This document shows, one piece after another, positions 1 through 9,795 of a DNA stretch of 64,000 bases. The translations under genes were made by a program, and so were the position numbers. The DNA lies in assembly GCA_965153285.1 (NCBI GenBank), contig OZ229123.1; one strand, written 5' to 3'. This stretch comes from Podarcis tiliguerta (lineage: Eukaryota). The notes beneath the pieces are model-generated. The model did no database searches, was not told the origin of the DNA, and worked only from the letters and a program-made list of their open reading frames with translations. Every line of letters starts with the position of its first letter. Position 1 is the stretch's first letter.

Positions 1-180
1 CATATACAAACTAGCCCTGAGTCTGTTTCAATTAGATTCTCCATGTTTTCTGTGCTTAAGCATTTTTGGCCATAAGTTTACAAAAGATAGCAACTTGGAT
101 CTTGGAAGTTGTTTCAGATAATGCACATTTACAATAAATCCTGGTCCTTGAAAATCAACATTTTGTTTAAAAAAATGATA

Positions 181-540
181 GGTCAATTATGTTAATTACA
201 AACCACTTGGATGTATAACTTACTGGTATTCATGAAAAATTATCTGCAAATTATGTCTATTATATGCAACTGTGATATACAAGAAGACAGCACTTGTGAA
301 AATATGAAATTATTTTAATTACAGCAATGGAAATATACAAATTAGCACAGTTAATTAAAATTACATGCAAATTATGTTAATTGCAAGCAATTAAAATGTA
401 TAGATTAGTATTGTTTGTGAACACATGAAATTATGTTAATTACATGTGGCTAAAATATGCAGATTAGCAATGTTAATTAAAATGGGATGCAAATTATGTT
501 AATTGTCTGCATCTTAGAGATGCAAATGAGCTGCATCCCT
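181..540. repeat. Degenerate ~60-bp tandem repeat (about 6 units, ~120-bp dimer structure) with core ATG(C)AAATTATGTTAATT
   Basis: The core recurs near 186, 245, 304, 365, 425 and 487. Alternate units share ATAT(A/G)CA(A/G)ATTAGCA..GTTAATTAAAAT. The block ends in CATCCCT, like the TAGGGATG-type MITE termini elsewhere in the window. Confidence 0.75.
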
Positions 541-752
541 CTAACATTCCTCTCGCCAGTGATTTCTGACATGGCCTAATGAGCTGCTCACCTCGGTCGT
601 AGAACATACACCAAGGAAAATGGCCGTTGAAATTGCCACAATGATAGTTCTAAATAATTGCTGTGACCTAGAAGGAGCATTCTATCGTTCTCATTTTCAT
701 AAAGATTGCTGCACCGCCATAGACTTATACTGGCATTTTGGTCCCAATATCC

Positions 753-774
753 AAATAAATAAATAAATAAATAA
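753..774. repeat. (AAAT)n microsatellite
   Basis: aaataaataaataaataaataa. Confidence 0.9.
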
Positions 775-1993
775 TGTAAACTTGGAACCTCTTCATTTAT
801 TCATAAGGAAGAATTTAATGCTGTGGCGATCTCGAGTTTTTACGAGTTGCTGTCTTCTGCTGCCCGTTCAACTAAGTTACTCCAATTGCTCCTTTTCCTC
901 TTCCCGCTTTTACTCTGTGTGTGTGTTTTGTGCTATGTACGCATGTATTTGAATTAATCTCCTATGGGATGCATGCATACATTTTTAAAATGACAGCAAT
1001 AAAGCAATTTCTTTCATTTCAAATGAACAGGAGAGTGGATAGAAGCAGTGTAAGATCTGAAGAAAAGAATATACTGTACACACACACACACACACATACT
1101 TTAAATGCTTGCATATGGCTGCAATTACAAAGAAAACCATAATTTTGGCATCAGTAGCAGAATTAGACTTAAACAAATTGATGTTCCACTGCAGTAATCT
1201 GGAATACGTTGACTGCATTTATAAGAACATAACAGGAGACCACAGTGAATTAATAAACTGTCCCTTTCACCAAAAATAAGAGAGGGAATAATTGGTGAGA
1301 CAGAGTTAAGTGAACAGATGACTACATTCAGCCTCCTCTCAACCTAGAAATGGGAATGTGAAGGTCACCCCTATCCTGGATGACAAACGGAGAGCTCTTT
1401 GTTGGTAAACAAATTAATCTTTGGAAAGGTCACCATTTGTTTTACATTTTTTATCCAGTTCTTGTCATCTGGAATCCAAGATTGACTGTCATTCTCAAGG
1501 CGGAGTGCAGCTGAAGCAGCTTCCGTCCGTATCAGCATTCTTTGACGGAGCTCGGCGCCTGATTGAGATGCTATGGGCTGCTGGCTTACAGCTGTCGCCG
1601 GACCAGAATGAAGGCCCAGCCCAGAATTCCAATAAGCAGCGCTGGCCAATTCTGCCTGGTGTAAGCTGGCCCTCTGCCCACAAGTAAAATGTGTGGCACT
1701 TCGAGCCAGCAATTATCTCGCTCACTTCCTTCTGTGCTGCTTCTGTTTCGTTTTTTGAAAAGCACATGTGGCACAGACTGGAGTTGTGTAGCTATTTTTG
1801 CACAAACACCTGGTATGGCAGAGTTTTGAGATGGATAGATTTGGGGAGGGGGGGACTTTCGGTAGGTTTTCAGTAAAAAAAGTCTTTCCTAACAGTTTAA
1901 AGGCAGACTCCTGCAACCCACCAGTGCATACATGCACACAAAGAACTGAAAGGCATTGACTCAGTGAGATGGTAAGGAGGCTGCAGACTTAAC

Positions 1994-2135
1994 CTAGTGG
2001 TTAAAGGGATGAGCTATGAAATATCTATTTCAAATGTCATGTTAGCTATGAATTCATTGAGTGGCCTGAATATGTCGTAACCCCCACCCCACTAATATTG
2101 GCCTACCTTACAGAACTGTTGGAAGGATTACTAAC
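1994..2135 (+). mobile_element. Old MIR/CORE-like SINE remnant
   Basis: tagtggttaa A-box-like head, and gcctaccttacagaactgttggaaggatta resembling the CORE-SINE ctacctcacagggttgttgtgaggatt block. Confidence 0.5.
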
Positions 2136-3315
2136 ATATATGTTAAGCGCTTCTAACTATCTAGAGAGAGGGGGCATATTCAACTCATGGAAATCTTTAA
2201 GAATAGATAATTGTGCAGTGCTCTTGATTTAAGGCTTTATTAAATGTGTAAAAACATCTGTAGTTTATATTATCTTTACATCTAGTACCTCTTTTTTCCA
2301 CAGTGAAAAGCATTTTAATAGAGAGTGACAAAATCAGGAGGGGTTTTTTCTTCCTTTGGAAGACTATCAAATACTCAAACTTAAGAGTCTCATCACAGAT
2401 AAAAAGTATTTGGTTTTTTTTGCATGGACAATATATTTTCCATGTGTCCATAATTTTGTGGAATCAATTCCATGGGCCACTGATAATATGAAATAATTAT
2501 CCAACTAATTTGTCAGTGTCACTAAAGAGCAGTATCTGAAGCCAAATCTGCTTGTGATCCGTCATCAGCACTGATCTGATGCTAAGAGAAAACTTGTCTG
2601 TCAGCTACTCAGCTGTGCAAGTATAAGGTGGACAAAGTGATGGTAACCTCCAGTGTCCATTCCCCTTTTCTGAAATGTGTTTCTCCCTCAAAAGCTTCTT
2701 TTGCCTCTGCACTGCTTTGTTAATAACAAAAGAAATACAATGAGCTAAACAGAAAATCTTTTTTTTGGGGGGGGGGGGATGCTCGGTTTAAATTGAAGCA
2801 GAGAAAAATAACCATATTGAGTGGGAGTTCTTATCCACAAGAGAAATGCACTTCAAAAAGACTAATAGAATTGTTTTGTCTCAGGCCTCAAGTTAATTAT
2901 ACACAGAATTGCTTGAGATCAGGAGAAAATACTTCTGCAGCACGTTCCAGGCATATTATGCAGAGCAAATGTTTGCCGGCAGCCCGAATTAAGATCTCTC
3001 TTCTAACCTTTGAAAATTGTGTTCTGATGTAATGTTTCTCTTCGCCAGAATGTTTCTGTGAAATTAGATATGTCAGATTCATTGTGTTGTAATGAGTCAT
3101 CTGTGGGGATTTTTCAAGAAAGATCTGGTGACAATCTTGGTAGATTCTAATCTGATTCCTTCCTGCTCCTGAGATTACCACAGACCAAACCTGGTCCAAA
3201 GAAAGGTTGCTTATGTGAATGCCTCTGTTGGGGAAGAAGGGGGGAGGCATTCCCTTGGTGGCAAGTGTTATGTTCCTCTCAAATGGTGTGTTCAGGCTTA
3301 CAATCAGTTGATGGC

Positions 3316-3396
3316 TTAGGCTGCAATTCTAACCCCACTTACTTGGTAGTAAGCTCCATTGAAGTCATTAAGACATGGTTAGGACTGCAGCCTTAG
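3316..3396. mobile_element. Short palindromic MITE
   Basis: Inverted arms ttaggctgcaattctaacc ... ggttaggactgcagcctta (3 mismatches in 19). Confidence 0.65.
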
Positions 3397-4608
3397 TGTT
3401 GGAATCAATGCCAGACATGGCACTGCAATTGAAGGAACTTACACTTGACAGTAGTGTAAAGGTTAGGGGGGGGGGGACTAAAGTCTTCATTTTATTTTTA
3501 CCCATGGCAGCATTCCATAGTCTTTGAGTTTAGGCAACTTCCTAGGTAACTTTCACACCACCAGCTGAGAGTGCGTTGCAGTGGGCAATGGGTGCCTTTC
3601 CCCACTATCCTAAATTTGGAAATATGGAATGAACTGGATCATTTTGGCCTCCCAATTTTGCCCCTAATTCTCTTCCTAAGAACACTGTCATGTATGACAA
3701 ATAGGCACAATCTGTCTGTAGCCCACCCATTTTCTTCTAGGTTAGTAAGGAGCTGTTTCCTAACTAACTAATTGATGCTTCAAGCATGGAGGTGTGGAGG
3801 ATGGACAAAGCACTTTCTGTCCCCTCCTGCCTTCCTTGTGGTGTGTCATTCATTCTCCATCTCTTTTCTCCTGACAGCTCTTTGCTGTGGCCTTTGCTTC
3901 ATTTCTGATGAAAGATATATTCAGTTGTGAAGATAATTGAACAGCCTTTGATGGTCAAGTCCAACGCCTCTGTATTCCCCACCTCCTGTTTTGTGCTGAA
4001 ACAGAGGTGTAAATTGACAGCCCAAGCTCAGATTTTGCCGCTCACTTATTTGACATAAAGTAGTGAATAAGCACCAGACTTAAAACTGCTCCATGTTGCA
4101 CATGTTAGATATGATGAAGAGCCATTCATGTACACTGGGCCCATCACTTATGTGAGGGTTCTGTCCTGGGGTCCACATGCAAAGGCAAAATCACATAAAG
4201 CCAGGAATTCCCAGAACCATCAATCCCATGCAACCATCCCTACCTGTCCAGAGCGGGCTTCTAGGAGTGTTCCAGGGCCCTTGCGTGATCCTCCCAGAGA
4301 CCAGCAACCAGGTAGAGGGCTTAAAAAGCTATTCCTGTGCTGGGTTTTCCATTTGTTTAATTAATTTTTGGCTATTCACCTCGAATCATGATTGTTTAAG
4401 TAGATTATGCATGAGTTGTGGGCCCACTGTATACCATATATCAGGGAATTGAGTGAGTTTCACCAGGCCACCAGAAATATCCCAAAAGGGAGTGTTTGTG
4501 GTGGAAGGATGAGATTTGCCTAAACCACTTTATGAACTACCACAGGGAACAATTATAAATGGCCTTAATTTGGTGGCTGTTTCAAAATAACCAGTTTTAC
4601 ATTTTCAG

Positions 4609-4749
4609 CAGTGGTGGTTAACCTGTGGCCACCTCCATATGATGCTGGACTACAGTTCCCATCTTCCCTGGCACATTGACCATGTTGGCTGGGACTGATG
4701 GAAATTGTAGTCCAAAAACGTCTGGAGGGCTACAGGTTAACCTCCCTTG
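4609..4749. mobile_element. ~140-bp hAT-type MITE (ACTACA(A/G)(C/T)TCCCATC...GATGGGAGTTGTAGT family)
   Basis: Fold-back structure aacctgtggcc..ctcca..actacagttcccatc / gatggaaattgtagt..tggagggctacaggtt. Further decayed copies near 8012-8135, 15671-15772, 42200-42301 and 60835-60962. Confidence 0.8.
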
Positions 4750-5101
4750 GTTTACATAGTGTCATTGCTGAAACCTTGCTAATTCTTTGTAAAAGGCTGT
4801 GGGTGTTTTTGTTTTCATAAATTTATTTTATTATTTATAGCATAGCGGACATCACAAGACATTGATTAGATTTTAATTAACTCTCCTTTAAATTGCTTCA
4901 ACCGCTGACAGTCGACAATCGTGTGGCATGTTCCTAAGCAGTAAAATCTGAGCTCATACTGTTTTTTGTTATTAAACCTTAATGAAACTATTCATAGCGG
5001 AAATGGTATTTATTATTTAGCCACGCGTGCGTGAAGAACTCCTTAATATCAAAAAAGTTTGCAGCTGATGAAGGAATAGGTTTCCTCTCGTCTCTCCTTA
5101 G

Positions 5102-5216
5102 GCACCAACTCAGAAGATAGCAAAAGGTGTTACGGTCCCCAGCCTCTCAGTAGCTCCACCTTCCTTCCATTTGAAGAAGGTTTCCTTTCCAGTTTCTAAA
5201 ACAGATGCGGAGAAAG
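5102..5216 (+). CDS. IQCH: IQCH internal coding exon (APTQKIAKGVTVPSLSVAPPSFHLKKVSFPVSKTDAEK-G), 115 nt, phase 0->1
   Basis: Pyrimidine tract plus AG at 5100-5101; donor AAG|GTCAGT at 5217. Open frame joins the next exon as [16 protein letters not shown], matching the recalled IQCH motif D(A)[14 protein letters not shown]. Confidence 0.85.
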
Positions 5217-5514
5217 GTCAGTCACAGCTGCGTGCCCTATCCTCTGGGATTTATTTTGCTATACTTGTCCTGGCATGTATGTTATGCTGGGCATATATAA
5301 CTTCACCTGAACCACTGGTTGGCAGCCAGTTTGACTGGTGGGCTGTTTTAAATAGGGATGAATGGGCAACACCCGGCAGGAAGTTCACACACTGTTCCCC
5401 CCCTTCTCTCACCTCTTCTTTGCATGGTGTGTGAAAGGGGAAAGAGTGTAAGGACGAATTACAAGTGAAGATTCCGTCCTTCTTTCATGGGCATCTCTGC
5501 CTCCCTCCCCCTTC

Positions 5515-5780
5515 CAGTGGAGGCTAGTCTGTGAGGGCAAATGTGGTGCTGCCCCACCAGCCTCAGTCTACTCTCAGCCAGCCCCAAACTGCCTATGTTC
5601 TTATTTACAACCAGTCCTGGGGTTGTCCCTGGCTGTCAGCTTCCTTCTTAGTGAAAAACTAAGCAGGGATGTGAGGGAAACTGGAATACTGTAGTTTCCT
5701 CTGTCCATCATTGGTTCAGGAGGTACCTGCTGTTAGGCTGCTCCTTACCTTCTGCCCAGGGGGCACCAGCCACCACCACT
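5515..5780. mobile_element. Probable non-autonomous DNA transposon remnant
   Basis: Begins cagtggaggct and ends agccaccaccact (degenerate TIRs). Confidence 0.4.
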
Positions 5781-6057
5781 ACTCCCTTGTCACCTCAGTC
5801 ATATTCCAACTGGAGGAGATAGTGAAAAGGAAAAAGAATACTCTCATTTATACATTCTTCTTCCTCTTCCACCTTGATCTCCTTTGTGAACCACTTCCTG
5901 TCTCAGAAGATTGAGAGAGATGGAAGCAAGAGGGAATTCCTTCCTTCCTCCCAGCATTCTTCCATCTCTCCCTCCTTTTCACCTTTACCAAAGGCAAATG
6001 TTAGTCTTAAAAATGTTGCTTGGTAGCGGTGCAGCAATAAAACTGCTGGTACATTTT

Positions 6058-6183
6058 GCAAAGCTAAGCAGGGTCCAGTATGATTTCAGATTGGATGAGG
6101 AACCACGGATTGAGATTCCTGCGTTAACAGAGGATTGGACTAAATGGCCCTTGGGGTCCCTTCAAACTCTACAGTCCTATGAT
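6058..6183 (+). mobile_element. Composite SINE-like remnant: 5S-rRNA-like segment followed by a CR1-type 3' tail
   Basis: aagctaagcagggtc...ttggatgaggaacc resembles the 5S internal control region; it is followed by gattcctgc..ttggactaaatggccc..gtcccttcaaactctac..ctatgat (CR1 3' end). Confidence 0.5.
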
Positions 6184-6270
6184 ATTGGTGGGCTGGCTTT
6201 AGGACTGAGTTTACACTTCCCAGACCAAGCTGCTTCTGAAAGAACTTGAGTCTCCCTGGTTTTTATCTAG

Positions 6271-6399
6271 GGATCCTGAATCTTATTGAAAGAGGCCTGA
6301 TTCCACGTGCAGCTAAGATTACTCTAGCGAAGCCTCCCATTCTTCCTCAGGCTGCTCCTCTTCATGAATCTCATGAAAAGCACAAGAAACCAGCTGCAG
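6271..6399 (+). CDS. IQCH: IQCH internal coding exon ([43 protein letters not shown]), 129 nt, phase 1->1
   Basis: Acceptor ttttatctAG at 6269-6270; donor CAG|GTAGGC at 6400. Peptide matches recalled IQCH [32 protein letters not shown]. Confidence 0.93.
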
Positions 6400-7690
6400 G
6401 TAGGCACAAAGAGATGCTGCTGATACTGTAAAGGAGAAACTTTCTCCATTGTCTGGTCAGTGTTCCATATTTTGGCAATGGCGTTGGTGTTTCTAAGGAC
6501 TAGTGGTCACAGCAGCAGACAAACCCAGTAGAGTCTGAGGGTGATTTTTCTTCCTTCCTTTCTGGTAACTTGCCAGAACAGTTCCTCCCCTATTCTCATC
6601 TGAGGGCAGCCATTCCAGCACTGGGAGAGCTGAGTAGCAGAGCTTACCCCATCAGCTCTGCTTTGAAAGGTTAGCTCCATCAGGCCTCCTCTCGCCTCAA
6701 CTGTCATCTGAGGGCAAACATTTCAGCAGGCTGCCTCAGAGGGAGAGATGGGAAGCAGGGCTCATTCCGTCTGCTTTGCTAGAGGCCCAGCTCCATCAGG
6801 CACCTCCTGTCTCTGAACTTTACTAGTTGGTCAATATAGGAACAACTGTCTAGAAATTGGTGCCTGAGTTTTGAGTTTTATTTTCTTCTTTCCTCCTTGT
6901 CCCTTTCCCCTTATCTGTTGTATTATCGTTTGTTTGAACATAAATCTGTGGGTAGGGAATGTCTTGTTTTGATTTCATGTAAGCCACTTTTGGGTGATGA
7001 GCAGTGTACAAATGCTCTAAATAAATAGACTTCATTTTGTCAAGCTTGCTTGAGCTGACCAATGGTTTTACCATTGCCAGCCGGCCTTTTCAGCACCCAG
7101 GCTACCAGCCATCCCACTCTGCCAAAGCCCAGCCTCCTGGCATCACATGGTACTCTTTGGCAAATTAAACTGTAACAGCAGCTCCTCTTCTGCTAAGAAT
7201 AGGAGTCCGGACCCAAAAAAGTTCCATTCTGCCTCTGTCCGCTTTGTACCTGAAAATGCATTTCCAGTGCCATGCTTTTTGTGTCTGTGGTTGCCTCCAG
7301 CTGACCTGTTTGTTGAGCATCCATCCTGATTTGTTTGCAGGGAGGTTGTTTCTTGCACTTTCATCTTCATAAGAAGTCTAATTTGAATGTCTCACCATGT
7401 GTGAAAATCAACTTGAATTTGTCTGTATGTGACTGAATCTCCCCAGAAAATAGCTACAGCCTGGAAGAGTCCAAATTGCAACCTGTAGTTTAATACAGTG
7501 GATGCTTATAGTTGTAGATTTCATTGGAAATGTTGGGAATAACAAAACAGATCTAGTCTTAATTCCCTGTGTATTTCACCATTCATCAAGGTTATTTATT
7601 TATTTATTTATTTAGATTTGATACCTGATGTTTAGTGATCTAATATTTACGTTTAATAAAAGCTGTTCAAAACATTCATCCCTTCTGTAG

Positions 7691-7911
7691 ATGGAGGTGT
7701 GGAGAGCAAGCAAGGAGAAGTCCTGGCTCCTCCTCCTTATCCAAAGTCCGGGCCCACCTCCACCTCAAGCAAGGGAAGAGGAAGAAGCAAGGGCAACATT
7801 GCTCCACCCCCATCCTGCATCTCTGTTATTTCACCCAAGAAATCAAAGTTGCCCCTAATTCAGGCAATTCAGAAGCGGGCATTGTCCAAGTCTTCTTCCA
7901 TGGTGCTAAAG
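7691..7911 (+). CDS. IQCH: Probable IQCH exon encoding a Pro/Ser/Lys-rich linker (DGGVESKQGEVLAPPPYPK...SKSSSMVLK), 221 nt, phase 1->0
   Basis: Acceptor ccttctgtAG at 7689-7690; donor AAG|GTACGA at 7912; open frame. Supplies exactly the phase 1->0 bridge needed between the 6271 and 9244 exons. Homology is weak (low complexity). Confidence 0.72.
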
Positions 7912-8247
7912 GTACGACAGAATGATTTCCATCCTGTAAATGTTGGGTATCCATTTGATTTATAGCACCCAGCTACATAACCCCAGTTTCAAGTGAAGCG
8001 ATTTTAATATGGCCTTCTGCAACCTGGTGCCCTCCAAAGGTTGTTGGACTCCCAACACCCTTCAAGTCCAGCCAATGCGCTGATGGGAGTTCTGATCCAA
8101 AATATATGTATGGTACGCACCAGATTTGGAAAGGCTGATATAGCATTCAGGACTCCGTATGCAGATTAGTTTGTGAAATGGAGCTGTCCTCTCCATTGAA
8201 GTGAAAAGGGAATCCCTCACAGACTCCAAATGTAGATTGGGACACAT

Positions 8248-8555
8248 TGTCAGGACTGAGCTATGTCCAGTTGTCTGAAGTGAACCAAAACTGGAACTCG
8301 GTAGTCAGAGTCCGGGTCAGAGACACACAAGTGTCAGGAAGACCTTGTTGCTCAGGCAAGATCTTACACCTAAGAGGAATCCTTTTTATAGCTGTTCCTG
8401 TCAAGGAGGACTTAGCAGCCAGTCCAGAGTCTGAAGGTACTTCACTGCTAGGAAGGTGTTCCAAGCCACACATTTGCTAGATCATGGAACAGCTGCACAG
8501 AGAGCAGCATGTTCCTAGTTCTAGCTGCGCCGACCCCACGAGAGTCCTCCTGACA
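8248..8555 (-). mobile_element. Solo LTR (Gypsy-like), 308 bp
   Basis: Ends TGTCAGGA ... TCCTGACA (perfect 8-bp inverted, TG..CA); 5-bp flanks CACAT/CACAA; ttttatag reads as CTATAAAA on the minus strand. Confidence 0.7.
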
Positions 8556-8633
8556 CACAAACAAAGAAATGGTCATGGTTGGTCATGTTAGCCCCCGGCC
8601 TCTTCCTCAATATCTTTCTCAGTGCACATTTAG

Positions 8634-8666
8634 ATAAACATTACTCTTCTTCAGTTGACCCATAAG
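8634..8666 (+). CDS. IQCH: Candidate IQCH micro-exon: 33 nt (INITLLQLTHK) or 12 nt from 8655 (LTHK), phase 0->0
   Basis: Two in-frame AG acceptors (8632-8633, and ttactcttcttcAG at 8653-8654) share the donor AAG|GTATTT at 8667; no stop codon. No transcript evidence. Confidence 0.4.
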
Positions 8667-8739
8667 GTATTTTATTTCTCATTTGTGATTGATCAAGACC
8701 ATCCTTGCATTGACAGCATTATTAGTATTGTTGTTGTTA

Positions 8740-9070
8740 GCAGTATTTACAATCCGTCCTTCGACTCAAAGGTTTCTAGGGTGGTACACAAAATTCAGAG
8801 TGACAGTATTGCATAAAAAGCAATAACACCAAAAGTAATAAGCCCTTAAATCACTCATTTCCATAGGAATAAATACATCTAGTGTGGTCTAAAAACAGAT
8901 AAGGTGAAGGGCATCTGTATCTCCAGTGGGAGGACATTTCACAGCAGGAGCCAATGCATAGCTTGAAGGTTCAGTAACACATTATCTCACATTGCACACA
9001 GCTGCAGCTTCTGGACCATCTTCAAGGGAAGCCCCACATAGAGCACATTGCGGTACCCTAAATAAAACTG
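8740..9070 (-). mobile_element. Decayed L2 LINE 3' fragment
   Basis: gcagcttctggaccatcttcaagggaagccccacatagagcacattgcggta is antisense to YxNVLYVGLPLKMVQKLQ, an L2 ORF2 C-terminal motif. Confidence 0.65.
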
Positions 9071-9243
9071 CAGAGCTTGTGCTACCAGAGCTTGTGATAT
9101 TATAGCTAGGTTAGATGCATGTTGCATTGGTAGTCATAATATTCCAGGATTTGGATCCTTAGAATCTCATTGTAGGTATTTAATGGGACATCGTGTCTCC
9201 ACTGCTTGTCTTACTCCCCTTACGTCTTTCACTCTTTCCATAG

Positions 9244-9795
9244 ACCGCAGAAATAACATCATCTCCGACCTTCCAGAATCTCTCTTTAGAGTTTGAGATA
9301 CCAATTCGCAAGGGAGCCATAGACTACACGGCTCTTGATCTCCAAGGGTTTAAAAATCACTGCTGCTTATTCTGGGGAAGTGTCCTTTCCTTCTTGGAGC
9401 ACGTCTCTAACTTTTTGAAGGACTATGCTGTTCCCTCCGCCATCGTCAAGGGGAAGAGAGTGATGGAGATCATTCCAGATTTTGAGCTGAACCAGAGGCC
9501 AACTAGGGAGGAAATTCTCTCTGTGATAAAGAACATTTCGGCGGTCAAAAAGCTCTTAAGTAAACCTGGCCAGAGATACAAAGGCCAAAATGGCACTGCA
9601 GTAGCAGCTACCAAGATACAGGCATTATGGAGGTGTTACAAATTCAGAAAAGCCTACATCACCTTCAGGCAGCAGCAGTGGGCCTCGGGAGTGATTGCCA
9701 TCTCTTGGCTTGTGCATGTTCACCGGGGGCGTGTCAGAAATACCCTGAAGGAATCGCGACAGAGACACCTGGAGAATTTCTACATCAGGGCCAAG
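9244..9795 (+). CDS. IQCH: IQCH large exon containing the IQ motif (AATKIQALWRCYKFRKAY; I codon at 9616), 552 nt, phase 0->0
   Basis: Acceptor ctctttccatAG at 9242-9243; donor AAG|GTGCGC at 9796. PGQRYKGQNG..AATKIQA.W.CYK.RK..FRQQQWASGVIAI.WL..LKESRQRHLENF.IRAK is a recognisable IQCH signature. Confidence 0.96.

Noticed and set aside
181-540. CRISPR-like repeat-spacer array
   Set aside because: The repeats are degenerate, the spacers are related to each other, there are no cas genes and the context is a vertebrate intron; it is a diverged minisatellite.
1-5101. Upstream IQCH exons or promoter
   Set aside because: No AG/GT-bounded frame with IQCH-like peptide and no CpG-island promoter found; the 5' exons are presumably outside the window.
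6507-6820. Possible LTR remnant with short internal duplications (tcatctgagggca, agctccatcaggc)
   Set aside because: Could not define termini or a TSD, so it is not listed as a feature.
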